A stretch of DNA of 64,000 bases from Clostridiales bacterium (GTDB lineage: Bacteria; Bacillota; Clostridia; Christensenellales; CAG-138). Under the pieces are notes generated by a model that was not told the origin of the DNA, searched no databases, and was given only the letters and a program-made list of their open reading frames with translations. The DNA lies in contig SFIR01000006.1 of NCBI GenBank assembly GCA_004556165.1, positions 854-64,853 of the forward strand. Direction: 5' to 3'. Position numbers and translations under genes: made by a program. Positions 43,914 to 56,082 of this stretch are shown here, piece after piece. How positions within the stretch are numbered: the first letter of the stretch is position 1; each line of letters begins with the position of its first letter.

Positions 43914-45088
43914 GCTTTTGGAACAAAAACGTTAAACCTCTTTTGATGAGCATACTGCCATCGGTAGTTGCAATCCTGATCGGCTTGCTATTCGGCCTCT
44001 TGGTCATGATCTTTGCTTCGCCGGGAGATGCTCCGATGGGCTTCTATACGGTGCTTACGAGAGGCATTTCAAAATTCAGTGATGTGCTCTATTATGCGAC
44101 ACCGATAATTATGACAGGTCTTTCCGTCGGCTTTGCTTACAGAATGGGTCTTTTCAATATCGGAGCATCGGGCCAGTTCACGATGGGAATATTTGCGGCT
44201 CTGCTCGTATCCTTCTTTTTACCGCTGAAATCTCCTGCAAGCTGGATCGTTGCATGCGTTGCGGCGATCGCTGCCGGGGCGATTTGGGGATCAATCCCGG
44301 GCTTTTTCAAGGCCCTGCTCAATATTAACGAGGTAATCACCTCCATCATGTTCAATTATATCGGCATGTATGTAGTTGATTATCTTATAAGCAACAGCTC
44401 CACCATGTATTTTGCAACAAAGGCGAGGACTAATTACATCTCCGCCGAGGCGCAGCTGCCCGCTTTGTGGTCGGGCACAAATCTGAATGTCGGGATCATC
44501 ATTGCTGTTGTGCTCGCCGTGATTCTTTTCGTTGTTCTGTTCTACACCACCTTCGGCTATGAGCTTCGGGCAACGGGATTCAATAAGGACGCTGCGAAGT
44601 ATGCAGGCATGAGCAGCAAGCGCAATATCATAATCACCATGGCTATCGCAGGCGCTCTTGCGGGTCTCGGCGGTGCGCTGTGCATATTGGCACCCTCCAC
44701 CGTTGTAGGTTCGAGCGTCACATATGAGCCGATAAATGTCATAAGGAATGAGGGCTTCAACGGAATCGCAGTAGCTCTTCTCGGCTGCTCGCATCCGATA
44801 GGCATCGTATTCTCTGCAATCTTTGTCTCATACATCCAGAGGGGCGGCACCGGCGCAGTTGCGTATAAACCCGAGATAATAGATGTTGTGCTCGCGTTCA
44901 TCATCTATTTCTCCGCATTTGCAATGGTAGTCAGAGAGATAGTTTCGGGGAAACGCAAAAAGAAGAAAAGCGCTCCGGCACCCGGTGCGGTGATAGATGC
45001 CGTACCTCCCGGACCTAACGATACCGCCATGCAGGATCAAACAGGTACAGGATTGATGCCTGAAGCTGAGGAAAGGGGCGAAGAATAA
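43910..45088 (+). CDS. ABC transporter permease (BMP/nucleoside system)
   Basis: 392 aa, ~9 TMs, overlapping start with the ATPase stop. Charged ~50-aa C-terminal tail. Confidence 0.85.
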   Translation: MSFWNKNVKPLLMSILPSVVAILIGLLFGLLVMIFASPGDAPMGFYTVLTRGISKFSDVLYYATPIIMTGLSVGFAYRMGLFNIGASGQFTMGIFAALLVSFFLPLKSPASWIVACVAAIAAGAIWGSIPGFFKALLNINEVITSIMFNYIGMYVVDYLISNSSTMYFATKARTNYISAEAQLPALWSGTNLNVGIIIAVVLAVILFVVLFYTTFGYELRATGFNKDAAKYAGMSSKRNIIITMAIAGALAGLGGALCILAPSTVVGSSVTYEPINVIRNEGFNGIAVALLGCSHPIGIVFSAIFVSYIQRGGTGAVAYKPEIIDVVLAFIIYFSAFAMVVREIVSGKRKKKKSAPAPGAVIDAVPPGPNDTAMQDQTGTGLMPEAEERGEE

Positions 45089-46050
45089 TGAACGTTGTTT
45101 ATTTCCTTGTACAGAATACTCTTCCCGTCGCAATACCCCTGCTTCTGACAGCACTCGGCGGAATGTTTTCGGAGCGCAGCGGCGTTATTAACCTCGCACT
45201 TGAGGGAATCATGCTGTTCGGCGCATTCTTCGGCTGCCTTACAACCTATTATATCGGATCGGCAATGAATCCCCAGCTGGTTCTCATCATTGCCCTCTTA
45301 GTTGCAGCGCTCGCCGGCGCAATCTATTCGCTTGCACTGTCGTTTGCCGCCGTGAATATGAAAGCGGATCAGACGATCGTGGGAACGGCAATGAATATGC
45401 TCGTTCCCGCAATGGTTCTGCTCATAAGCAAAATGTTCTTCATGAGCGACGGCATAACTACATCGGTAAACTTATATATTCAGAAGATACCGCTTCTCGG
45501 TGATATTCCCGTTATCGGTCAGCTCTTCTTCCAAAAGACATATCTGACCGTCTATATCGGCATCGCTGTTCTGGTCATTGCCCAGATCTTGCTTTATAAG
45601 ACCAAATTCGGTCTCAGGCTCCGTGCCTGCGGTGAACATCCTCAGGCAGCGGATTCAGTCGGCATCAATGTATATAGGATGCGTTACGCAGGCGTAACGA
45701 TCTCGGGCATACTCGGAGGCCTCGGCGGATTCGCATACGCTGTCGGCATCATGGATGGCAACTGCAACGGCCATACGGGTGTGGCAGGCTTCGGCTTCCT
45801 CGCTCTCGCGGTCATGATATTCGGCCAGTGGAAACCCATAAGGATTTTGCTCGCCGCGCTGTTCTTCGCTTTCCTCAGGCAGCTTTCGAATTCCGTTATG
45901 CTGATTCCGTTCCTGTACAATCTCAATATCCCGAAGGTCGTCTATAGCATTCTGCCCTATGTCGCGACAATGGTTGTCCTTGCATTCACCTCCAAGAAGT
46001 CAAGAGCACCCAAGGCGGAGGGCATTCCGTACGACAAGGGAAGCAGATAA
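45088..46050 (+). CDS. ABC transporter permease (BMP/nucleoside system)
   Basis: 320 aa polytopic protein. TAATG overlap with the previous permease. Confidence 0.85.
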   Translation: MNVVYFLVQNTLPVAIPLLLTALGGMFSERSGVINLALEGIMLFGAFFGCLTTYYIGSAMNPQLVLIIALLVAALAGAIYSLALSFAAVNMKADQTIVGTAMNMLVPAMVLLISKMFFMSDGITTSVNLYIQKIPLLGDIPVIGQLFFQKTYLTVYIGIAVLVIAQILLYKTKFGLRLRACGEHPQAADSVGINVYRMRYAGVTISGILGGLGGFAYAVGIMDGNCNGHTGVAGFGFLALAVMIFGQWKPIRILLAALFFAFLRQLSNSVMLIPFLYNLNIPKVVYSILPYVATMVVLAFTSKKSRAPKAEGIPYDKGSR

Positions 46051-46068
46051 TCGGGAAGGGCAATACTT

Positions 46069-46638
46069 ATGGCAAAGCTGTATTTCCGCTACGGCGCGAT
46101 GAGTTCATCCAAGACCGCTCAGGCGATCATGGTCAAGTATAATTACGGAGAGCGCGGCCAGAAGGCGATACTGACAAAGCCCTCCATTGACACGCGTGAC
46201 GGCGTACACAGCGTTAAGTCGCGCTGCGGACTCGAGGATCAATGCGTGCTCTTCGATGAGCTGCCCATGGAAGCGATAAAGCGTGGGGAATATAACTGCG
46301 TTATCGTAGATGAAGCGCAGTTCCTCAGCCGCGACCAGGTTATGGTTCTCGTGGATTTAGTTGACAACTACGGCGTACCTGTGATATGCTATGGACTACG
46401 GACTGATTTTCAGGGGAATTTCTTTGAAGGCAGTCACTATCTTATGGCTTTTGCCGACACAATCGAGGAGATAAAAACCATCTGCTGGTGCGGCAGAAAA
46501 GCGATAATGAATGCAAGGCTCGACGGTAAGGGCGGTATAACCAAGGTCGGCGAGCAGGTCGTCCTCGGTGCGGACGATAAATACATCGGCCTCTGCCGCA
46601 AGCACTGGGCGGAGGGAAAGATCAGCAAGGACGGGTGA
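46069..46638 (+). CDS. tdk: thymidine kinase
   Basis: MAKLYFRYGAMSSSKT P-loop, VDEAQF, and a C-terminal zinc ribbon CWCGRKA...CRKHW. Confidence 0.9.
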   Translation: MAKLYFRYGAMSSSKTAQAIMVKYNYGERGQKAILTKPSIDTRDGVHSVKSRCGLEDQCVLFDELPMEAIKRGEYNCVIVDEAQFLSRDQVMVLVDLVDNYGVPVICYGLRTDFQGNFFEGSHYLMAFADTIEEIKTICWCGRKAIMNARLDGKGGITKVGEQVVLGADDKYIGLCRKHWAEGKISKDG

Positions 46639-46676
46639 ATAATAGCTTCCCCGGTTCCTTGGGAAACAGGTGGAAA

Positions 46677-47096
46677 ATGAGATTTTACATTGCAACAGGC
46701 TTGTCAAATGCCGAAAGGGCGAAAACGCTCGCAGGCGTACTGACCCGTAACGGTCATGAATTTACCTATAACTGGACGGAGCATGGCGATATCCGCAGCG
46801 AGGGTGAGGACAGGATGACCGAGGTAGCATTCTCCGAGGTACGCGCGGTGCGCGATGCGGAGATGTTCATTGCGCTTCTTCCCGGCGGCTGCGGTACCCA
46901 TACCGAGATTGGCATTGCCATCGCTTCAAGGAGCAATAAGCGCGTCATCCTATGGAGCGAAACGGGCGATGAATTCACAAAACCCGACCGCTGCTGTACT
47001 TTCTATTTCCATCCGGCAGTCGAAAGGATATGCTGTCCGTTTGAGGAGCTTATCTCAAAGCTTGATGCGGACAGGATCGACACGAGCCTCAGCTGA
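46677..47096 (+). CDS. nucleoside 2-deoxyribosyltransferase-like protein
   Basis: MRFYIATGL...AEMFIALLPGGCGTHTEIGIAIA fits the NDT/Rcl-fold pattern (..GT..E.G.A..). SD GGTGG precedes ATG 46677. Confidence 0.6.
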   Translation: MRFYIATGLSNAERAKTLAGVLTRNGHEFTYNWTEHGDIRSEGEDRMTEVAFSEVRAVRDAEMFIALLPGGCGTHTEIGIAIASRSNKRVILWSETGDEFTKPDRCCTFYFHPAVERICCPFEELISKLDADRIDTSLS

Positions 47097-47117
47097 TAAC
47101 CGAATAAGTAAAAAATG

Positions 47118-47147
47118 ACCGCAGAGGCAGCTGCCTCTGCGGTTTTC
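47118..47147. terminator. bidirectional terminator (nucleoside operon / PPIase convergent pair)
   Basis: Perfect palindrome ACCGCAGAGGCAG|CTGCCTCTGCGGT flanked by AAAAAT and TTTTC. Confidence 0.7.
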
Positions 47148-47164
47148 GTATGCTGTAATAGCTT

Positions 47165-47833
47165 TTAATTTGCAGGGTAATGATCGGGTTCGGGGAACTC
47201 GGGGCCCTGAATGGTGATGGTCTTTATCACAACATCTTCATAGGGCTTGTTGCTTGAGTTAACGGCAACGCCCGCAATCCTGTCAACAACGTCCATGCCT
47301 TCAAGAACCATGCCGAATGCCGCATAGCTTCCGTCAAGGAAGATTGAATCCTCATGAACGATGAAGAACTGGCTGCCTGCGCTATTGAAGTAGGGGTCGC
47401 CCCTCCTTGCCATGGAGATTACGCCGCGGGTGTGGGAAAGGTTGTTTTCAAAGCCGTTAACTGCAAATTCACCCTTGATGCAGTAGCCGGGGCCGCCCCT
47501 GCCGGTGCCTTCGGGGTCACCGCCCTGGATCATAAAGCCCGATATGACGCGGTGGAAGATAACTCCGTCATAGAAGCCCTTGCGCGCAAGGCTGCAGAAA
47601 TTGTAAACGCTCTGAGGCGCAATGTCGGGGTAGAGCTCAAGCTTGATGATGCCGCCGTCCATCATTTCAATGGTCGCATAGACCTTGCCGTCATCAACGG
47701 CATCGGTGGGCGCAGCGGTGGGTTCGTTGGTGGGGGGTTGGGTATTGTTCATTTCTTTTTCTCCTTTTTCGCATGCGGTAAATATGATGCATAGCATCGC
47801 AGACGCTAAAATAAATGCAAGCAGTTTCTTCAT
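47165..47833 (-). CDS. cyclophilin-type peptidyl-prolyl cis-trans isomerase, lipoprotein
   Basis: Lipobox IFTACEKG. FHRVISGFMIQGGDP and GSQFFI cyclophilin motifs. Confidence 0.9.
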   Translation of the reverse strand: MKKLLAFILASAMLCIIFTACEKGEKEMNNTQPPTNEPTAAPTDAVDDGKVYATIEMMDGGIIKLELYPDIAPQSVYNFCSLARKGFYDGVIFHRVISGFMIQGGDPEGTGRGGPGYCIKGEFAVNGFENNLSHTRGVISMARRGDPYFNSAGSQFFIVHEDSIFLDGSYAAFGMVLEGMDVVDRIAGVAVNSSNKPYEDVVIKTITIQGPEFPEPDHYPAN

Positions 47834-47851
47834 AAATATCTCCTTATTGCT

Positions 47852-49876
<2,025 letters not shown>

Positions 49877-50148
49877 AAAAGAATCCTCCTTTGAACGGGA
49901 CATGTGGGGACGCGGAAAAAGTATGTCCGAATTTATACCCATAATATAATACCATAGTTTATAGTTTGCCGCAAACAGTTTTTTTATCGAAGCAGCGTAG
50001 CGGAAATGAGCAAAATACTTATGCGGAATAAGCGAAAATCCAATCTCGGCAAAGAAAAAAACATCTCTGCGATTTTACCCCAAAAAAGATTTTATGTTCC
50101 TCCTGATTAAAAACATTTCAAAATGCATGAATAACCGGCATGAAGCAC

Positions 50149-50177
50149 TTGCCCAAAAAGGCGAAATGTGCTAATAT
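50149..50177 (+). promoter_or_regulatory. promoter of the DUF815-like ATPase gene
   Basis: TTGCCC-17 nt-TAATAT with a TGn extended -10. Confidence 0.45.
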
Positions 50178-50211
50178 CTCTGTAATACGTCGAATCTTCG
50201 GAGGCTTGGCC

Positions 50212-51525
50212 ATGCTCGATAAATGGGAATATCTGAATGAAATCTTGGACATCATTGATACGGCAGCAAATTCCGTTTCGCTTTTGGGCGGCAAAGGCAT
50301 ATTTGAAAGGGACGCTTCGGGGGAAAACCCGTTGTCGCTGTACGTCAGTGCGCTTTCTTCAGGTGATATCCGCGAAGCAAAGCGCATGCTTTCACGCTTT
50401 GAATCGGAGCTTGTCACGGGGGCGCACAGAAGGGTGAGCGGCGATCTTCTGACAGATGCAATCCTCGATACCATCCTGCTGAGTGAGAACCGCTTTGCGC
50501 TTCTCGCTGCTAAGGGCCTGATGGATCAATCGCTGTTTTCCGCGGTTCAGAGGGAGCTTACCGCACTCGAAAGGCTTAATTCCCTTTCAAGCGAAGATTT
50601 TTACCTTCCGCTCGCTGAACTGATTCGGGGCAAGAATTCTGCTCCGGATGCCGCTGCGCTTGCGGCTTCCGCCGCTTGGGGCGGAGGAAGCGTGCACCGT
50701 ATGCCGAAGGAAAGCACATCAAGGCGCGAGCTTATGCTCCTGCCGAGCGCGGTACCGGGAATTGAAAGGCAGTACGGCGAATTCGAGCTTACCGGAAGCT
50801 ATTTTGCCGATGAGGCTCTTGAGGAGATGTATCATCGCTTCGTGAATGAGGATGACTGGGCAAGCCTCGCGGACAGCCTCTGGTCCTTCCATGCAGGCTA
50901 CGGTACGGGCGACTTCCTCAAATACCGTAATTTCCGCTTCGACGGCAGGCTTTCGCCTCTTCCCGATCTCAGGGGAGGGGAATTCGTGCAGCTGTATGCC
51001 GATGAGTACCGTGTGCTGCTTCAGAATGCCATAGAATTCATGCGCGATGAGAGCGCAAAGCCCATGCTGCTCTGCGGCGGCGAGGGCATGGGCAAAACCA
51101 CGATGATGCTTGAGCTTACTGATGAACTGCCGAAGCTCAGGCTTGTGCTTGTGACGGGCGGTATTGATAAGCTGAATGATCTGTTTGATATTCTGCGCGA
51201 TCAGCCGAGTAAATTCATGGTGCTTGTCGATAATGCAGCGGAAGCGCTTACACTCACGGTATCCGAACCGCTGATACCCAATAACGTGCTTCTTGCTGCG
51301 TGCAGCCGTGAGGAGATAGGAAGGAGCCTGTTTGAGGTCACAGTGAAAATTCCGCAGATGCAGCTCGGCGATGAGGTGCGCTGTGTGGAAAAATTCCTCA
51401 GTGAACAGAATATAACCCTATCGCAGGAGATTATCCGAAATGCCTGCATGGATTATAAAGCCGATACCGGCAGGGAATTCAGCGTGGTCAGCGCAAGGGC
51501 GGCAGCGGAGATGCTGCGGTCATAA
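50212..51525 (+). CDS. AAA-type ATP-binding protein (DUF815-like) with a long N-terminal region
   Basis: P-loop CGGEGMGKTT, Walker B FMVLVDN. GGAGG lies 7 nt before ATG 50212. The promoter at 50149-50177 lies downstream of ORF-track start 50140. Confidence 0.6.
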   Translation: MLDKWEYLNEILDIIDTAANSVSLLGGKGIFERDASGENPLSLYVSALSSGDIREAKRMLSRFESELVTGAHRRVSGDLLTDAILDTILLSENRFALLAAKGLMDQSLFSAVQRELTALERLNSLSSEDFYLPLAELIRGKNSAPDAAALAASAAWGGGSVHRMPKESTSRRELMLLPSAVPGIERQYGEFELTGSYFADEALEEMYHRFVNEDDWASLADSLWSFHAGYGTGDFLKYRNFRFDGRLSPLPDLRGGEFVQLYADEYRVLLQNAIEFMRDESAKPMLLCGGEGMGKTTMMLELTDELPKLRLVLVTGGIDKLNDLFDILRDQPSKFMVLVDNAAEALTLTVSEPLIPNNVLLAACSREEIGRSLFEVTVKIPQMQLGDEVRCVEKFLSEQNITLSQEIIRNACMDYKADTGREFSVVSARAAAEMLRS

Positions 51526-51539
51526 GAATATATATAACG

Positions 51540-51572
51540 AGCAGCTGCAACGGAATGCAGCTGCTTTTGCGT
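51540..51572. terminator. terminator between the convergent DUF815-like and asparaginase genes
   Basis: AGCAGCTGCA-ACGGAA-TGCAGCTGCT followed by TTTGCGTT. Confidence 0.6.
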
Positions 51573-51603
51573 TAAAAAGGGTATTGAAGCGCGAACCCGT
51601 CCG

Positions 51604-52590
51604 CTACCTTGTCACCGAAAGCTCGCCGACAAGGTTTTTCTGCATGAGCTTTCTGACTTCGTCCATATCCTTGGTATGCCCGAGCACCCACATAAGCTTA
51701 GTGATGGAGGCTTCCGTGGTCATATCGCCTGCTGAGATAATGCCCATCTCCTTGAGAGGACGGCTGACCTCATAGATATCAGGAGTACTCTGCTCATACA
51801 GGCATTGGCTTGTAAGGACGACGGGAATACCGCTCGTCATAAGCTCCTTTATGGATTCAAGATGGTTGCGGCGGATGGAATGCATGCCTCCAAGCCCGAA
51901 GGCTTCCACGACGACGCCTTTGATATCGCAGTTCTTCAGCGAATCGAGCACCTTGGGGGTTAGACCGGGGATGAGCTTGATGAGTGCGACACGGGGATCT
52001 ATCTCGGTTGAGAATACGAAATCCTCCCTGTGCGGAGGTTCGGAGAGCGCGAGCATCCTGCCGTCGCTGACCGTACCGATATAGGGATAATTTATGGATT
52101 CAAATGCGTTCAGCGAGGTTGTCCTCGTCTTGACCGCGCGGCAGCCAAGCATGAGCGAATTGCCGAAGCAGATGTACACGCCCCCTGCGAGCGAGGTCGC
52201 GGCAATGATGGCATTTTCAAGATTGCGCCTGCCGTCGGAATCGGGGTAGACCGCAGGGTATTGCGCGCCGGTCAGCACAACGGGTATTTTGATGCCGGCG
52301 AGCATAAAGCTCAGCATGCTTGCTGTATATGCCATGGTGTCCGTCCCGTGGGTGAGAACGATGCCGTCAGCCGTCTTTGCCGCTTCATACACGGCATTAG
52401 CGATTGTGATCCATTCCTCGGGCTGGATATTCGATGAATCCATGCTGAACAGATCGACAGCGGAGATATTCGATCTATGGTAACCGATGAGCTCGAGAAG
52501 CTGATGCGCATTCAGCTCCGGTTTAAGACCGTTCTCGGTGGGAACGCATGCTATCGTTCCTCCCGTGGAGATTAAGCAGATATTCTTCAT
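51604..52590 (-). CDS. L-asparaginase (type I family)
   Basis: ISTGGTIA catalytic Thr motif, HGTDTM second motif, 328 aa. Confidence 0.85.
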   Translation of the reverse strand: MKNICLISTGGTIACVPTENGLKPELNAHQLLELIGYHRSNISAVDLFSMDSSNIQPEEWITIANAVYEAAKTADGIVLTHGTDTMAYTASMLSFMLAGIKIPVVLTGAQYPAVYPDSDGRRNLENAIIAATSLAGGVYICFGNSLMLGCRAVKTRTTSLNAFESINYPYIGTVSDGRMLALSEPPHREDFVFSTEIDPRVALIKLIPGLTPKVLDSLKNCDIKGVVVEAFGLGGMHSIRRNHLESIKELMTSGIPVVLTSQCLYEQSTPDIYEVSRPLKEMGIISAGDMTTEASITKLMWVLGHTKDMDEVRKLMQKNLVGELSVTR

Positions 52591-52607
52591 ATGTATTTCC
52601 TGATTTT

Positions 52608-53702
52608 TTACGATTCAAACGGGAAAGGGAACCCTGTAAGCCCGAGCTTGTCACGGACGCCTGCCATTTCACGCTGAATATTTTCATCAACAGGTACACC
52701 CTTATCCTTGCGGTCGAGCCATGTAAGGTATTCCTTTTCGCCTGCGGTATAGATGCGGTCATGGCCGGGAGCTTTCTTGGAGGCACGGAGTCCGCGCAGT
52801 ATTTCGCCTGCGGTATGCTTGAATTCATCGGTACCTATCATGAATTCGGGATTGAACACGAGGAAGAAATGCCCGAGGCCGTGGGGACGAGGTGAACCAT
52901 CCTCGTTGATACCGGAGAGCTGATGCATGAAATGTCCCCCTGCGAGCGCAGCGGAAAGTATTTCGATAACGGTCGCATAACCGTAGCCCTTGTAGCCTCC
53001 GATGGGGACAAACGATGCTTCGCCCCTAAGGAGTGCTTTAAGTATCTCCTCACTGTTGGTCATGTACTTGCCGTCGCTACCGAGAACCGTACCTTCGGGG
53101 GTAGGCTCACCCTTACGGGCGAGGACTTCAACAGTACCGCGCTGGATGGTCGATGTCGCGCAGTCGATGACGAACGGGAAGTCTTCATCGGTGGGGATAC
53201 CTACGGTTATGGGGTTGGTACCTATCATTGGCTCGACGCCGAAGGTCGGCGCGATGCTCGGACGGGCATTCGTACCCATGATGCAGACAAGATCTTCCTT
53301 TGTTGCCATGGTCGCCCAATAGCCTGCAATGCCGAAGTGGCTGGAATTGCGGATGGCGCCCATGCTCATGCCATAGGTCTTTGCCTTTTTGATAAGCTCC
53401 GTCATCATCCTGTGGCTTGCTACCATTCCGAGACCGTCGTGAGCATCGTACAAAAGCGAGATCGGAGTTTCCTTCAGAACCTCTATCTCCGTTACGGGCT
53501 TCAGGATACCCTGCTCAAACCTGTCGATATAGATGGGCTTGAAACGGTTGCAGCCGTGGCTTTCGATGCCGCGGCGGTCGCTTTCCATTAGAACATCGGC
53601 GCAGATGGCGGCATCCTCTTCGGGTACGCCGTAGCCCATAAATGCCTTCTTCATGAATTCACCCATGAAATCCCATGGGATATAGGGCCTTGTTTCGGTC
53701 AT
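52608..53702 (-). CDS. Ldh2-family (malate/L-lactate/ureidoglycolate-type) NAD(P)H oxidoreductase
   Basis: ESDRRGIESHGCNRF, NSSHFGIAGYW and GYKGYG motifs of the Ldh_2 family. SD GGAGGA precedes ATG 53702. Confidence 0.8.
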   Translation of the reverse strand: MTETRPYIPWDFMGEFMKKAFMGYGVPEEDAAICADVLMESDRRGIESHGCNRFKPIYIDRFEQGILKPVTEIEVLKETPISLLYDAHDGLGMVASHRMMTELIKKAKTYGMSMGAIRNSSHFGIAGYWATMATKEDLVCIMGTNARPSIAPTFGVEPMIGTNPITVGIPTDEDFPFVIDCATSTIQRGTVEVLARKGEPTPEGTVLGSDGKYMTNSEEILKALLRGEASFVPIGGYKGYGYATVIEILSAALAGGHFMHQLSGINEDGSPRPHGLGHFFLVFNPEFMIGTDEFKHTAGEILRGLRASKKAPGHDRIYTAGEKEYLTWLDRKDKGVPVDENIQREMAGVRDKLGLTGFPFPFES

Positions 53703-53831
53703 GTGATCCTCCGTAGATTTTTTATCGGGGCTTGTATATATGGTACTATACCATAGTGCGGATAAAATTAACAGTATCAAAACAGGCAGAATGTGCTCGC
53801 ATTTTGAGGAAACACACTCTGCCGCAGATAA

Positions 53832-55007
53832 TCAAGCATAGGGCCTGTCGAAGCTGGCAACGACATAGTATTTTGCATCGTCCCATTCGGATACGGCGGA
53901 ATTCAGCTTTTCGGTGATTTCGTCCTCCTTGAGCTTCAGATCAAAGGGAATTACCACATCGAAAATGAGATTTGTGTGCGTGGGGCCGGGGACAACCCTG
54001 AAATCGTGCAGTGAAAGCTCGGGGGAGATCCCGTGAAGGACGTTTACGGTCTTTGCTTTAAGCTCGGCAACTTTTTCGTCATTTGACCGTGTCGGGTCAA
54101 GGTGGATGGTGACGAGGCATTCAAGCTCCTTAGAAAGCAGGCGCTCCGCATTGTCGATGATGTCATGCATGGCGAAGATGTCGGAATCCTCATATACGGG
54201 CATCTCGGCATGGAGCGAGATCATAAGCCTTCCGGGGCCGTAGTCGTGGACGATAAGATCATGAATACCCGTTATCTCGGGGAATTCCTCAATAAGCTTC
54301 TGTATTCTTTCGATGAATTCACGATCGGGGGCCTGGCCGAGCAGGGGCGTGATGGTCTCCTGCAGCGCACGGATGCCGGAATAGATGACGAAGGCCGCAA
54401 CGAGAACACCGCAGTAACCGTCGATATTGATCTTGAAGAAATGTGCGATAAGGCTCGAAACGAGTACAACGCTTGTTGCGATGCAGTCGGAGCAGGAGTC
54501 GAGCGCGGTCGCGCCGAGGGTCGCGGATTTAATCTTCTTTCCGATGGATTTGTTGTAGAAGACCATGTAGAGCTTAACGAGTATTGAACATACGAGGATG
54601 GCCGCCGTCAGCACCGAGAATTCTATGGGCTCCGGGCTGATGATTTTGGATATCGAACTCTTTGCAAGCTCAAAGCCCATAAGGATAATCGCTGCGGAAA
54701 CGAGCAGACCTGCGATGTATTCTATCCTGCCGTGACCGAAGGGATGCTTGGTATCGGGCTTCTGCCGCGCAAGGCGAAAGCCCAAAAGAGTGATTATGGA
54801 GCTTCCGGCATCGGCAAGGTTGTTGAATGCATCCGCCGTGATGGAAACCGATTTTGCAAGGGTACCGGCAAGGAATTTGCCGATGAATAAAAGAATATTC
54901 AGAAAAATCCCGAAGCCTCCGCAGAGTACGCCGTAAGAGCTGCGCACGGCGGGGGATTCGTAGTTTTTATAGTCCTTAATAAAAATGCGTGATAGAAGCT
55001 TTATCAT
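53832..55007 (-). CDS. cation diffusion facilitator family transporter
   Basis: 6 TMs with SITADAFNNLADA and HPFGHGRIEY motifs, plus a C-terminal cytoplasmic CDF domain. Confidence 0.85.
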   Translation of the reverse strand: MIKLLSRIFIKDYKNYESPAVRSSYGVLCGGFGIFLNILLFIGKFLAGTLAKSVSITADAFNNLADAGSSIITLLGFRLARQKPDTKHPFGHGRIEYIAGLLVSAAIILMGFELAKSSISKIISPEPIEFSVLTAAILVCSILVKLYMVFYNKSIGKKIKSATLGATALDSCSDCIATSVVLVSSLIAHFFKINIDGYCGVLVAAFVIYSGIRALQETITPLLGQAPDREFIERIQKLIEEFPEITGIHDLIVHDYGPGRLMISLHAEMPVYEDSDIFAMHDIIDNAERLLSKELECLVTIHLDPTRSNDEKVAELKAKTVNVLHGISPELSLHDFRVVPGPTHTNLIFDVVIPFDLKLKEDEITEKLNSAVSEWDDAKYYVVASFDRPYA

Positions 55008-55011
55008 TTGG

Positions 55012-56082
55012 TTAACGGTTATCTCCTGTTATTTCATCTATGCATTCGAGCACCTCGTCTGTACCGTCGAGGGTGCTGTCCTTTTTCATACGGGCAATGA
55101 ATTCATCACGATTCTCGTACAGCTCATTTATGTCGTGAACGAGCCTTTCGGGTGTAATATCCTCCTGCAAAAGGGTCATGCTGTACCCCTTTTTGGCGGC
55201 ATAAGCGGCGTTGAGAAGCTGATCGCCGCGGCTTGCGCCCTTGGGAAGGGGTACGAGCAGGGTGGGCTTGTTGAGCGAAAGGAATTCAAAGAGCGCGTTT
55301 GCTCCGGCACGGCTGACTATCACGGCCGTAGCAGCCAGAATATCGGGCAGCTCGGGGCCGATGTACTCATATTGACGGTAGGACGGAATATTTATGCTTT
55401 CATCGACCTTGTCCTTGCCGCAGAGGTGGACGACATCATAGCGCGCGGTAATGGTATCGAGCGAAGCCCTGATGGCATCGTTGAGCGCGGAAGCGCCGAG
55501 GCTTCCGCCCATGACGAGGATAATGGGCTTTTCTCCGGAGAAGCCCAAAAAATCAAGACCGCGGACGCGGCTTCCGGAGAAAAGCTCGCGGCGTATGGGC
55601 GTACCGGTATGGATTCCCTTTTTGCCGACGTATTGAAGTGTATCATCAAAGGTTACGAGCACCCTGTCAGCATATTTTGCGGCGAGCTTGTTTGCAAGGC
55701 CGGGAGTGAAATCCGATTCATGGCAGAGCACCGGGCATTTGCCTTTTGCCGCCATAACTACGGGTACGCTCACAAATCCTCCCTTTGAAAATACGAGATC
55801 GGGCTTGACCTCTTTGATTATCCGCTTTGCTTCCGAAATCCCTTTCAGAACCTTGAAGGGGTCGGTCAGGTTCTTCAGCGAGAAATAACGCCTTAGCTTG
55901 CCTGCTTCAATCGAATGAAAGATGACATCGCCCTGCTCCGCAATGAGCCTGTGCTCTATGCCGTCAGCCTGACCGACATAGTGAATTTCAAATCCGCGTT
56001 CGCGAAGCCCGGGAAGCAGTGCGATATTGGGGGTAACATGCCCTGCGGAGCCTCCGCCGGTGAGAATGATTTTTTTGCTCAT
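55012..56082 (-). CDS. murG: UDP-N-acetylglucosamine--N-acetylmuramyl-(pentapeptide) pyrophosphoryl-undecaprenol GlcNAc transferase
   Basis: MSKKIILTGGGSAGHVTPNIAL G-loop and C-terminal SRAGANALFE motif. SD GGAGA. Confidence 0.9.
   Translation of the reverse strand: MSKKIILTGGGSAGHVTPNIALLPGLRERGFEIHYVGQADGIEHRLIAEQGDVIFHSIEAGKLRRYFSLKNLTDPFKVLKGISEAKRIIKEVKPDLVFSKGGFVSVPVVMAAKGKCPVLCHESDFTPGLANKLAAKYADRVLVTFDDTLQYVGKKGIHTGTPIRRELFSGSRVRGLDFLGFSGEKPIILVMGGSLGASALNDAIRASLDTITARYDVVHLCGKDKVDESINIPSYRQYEYIGPELPDILAATAVIVSRAGANALFEFLSLNKPTLLVPLPKGASRGDQLLNAAYAAKKGYSMTLLQEDITPERLVHDINELYENRDEFIARMKKDSTLDGTDEVLECIDEITGDNR

Noticed and set aside
47118-47143. Perfect 26-bp palindrome, considered as a possible recombination or IS terminal-repeat site.
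   Set aside because: It is flanked by A- and T-runs between two convergent operons, with no transposase nearby. This is the classical bidirectional intrinsic terminator geometry.
51604-53702. The asparaginase + Ldh2-family dehydrogenase two-gene operon was considered as a possible novel pathway.
   Set aside because: Both are common metabolic families and the pairing can be rationalised (amino-acid and 2-oxo/2-hydroxy-acid metabolism). Nothing in the sequence itself is unusual.
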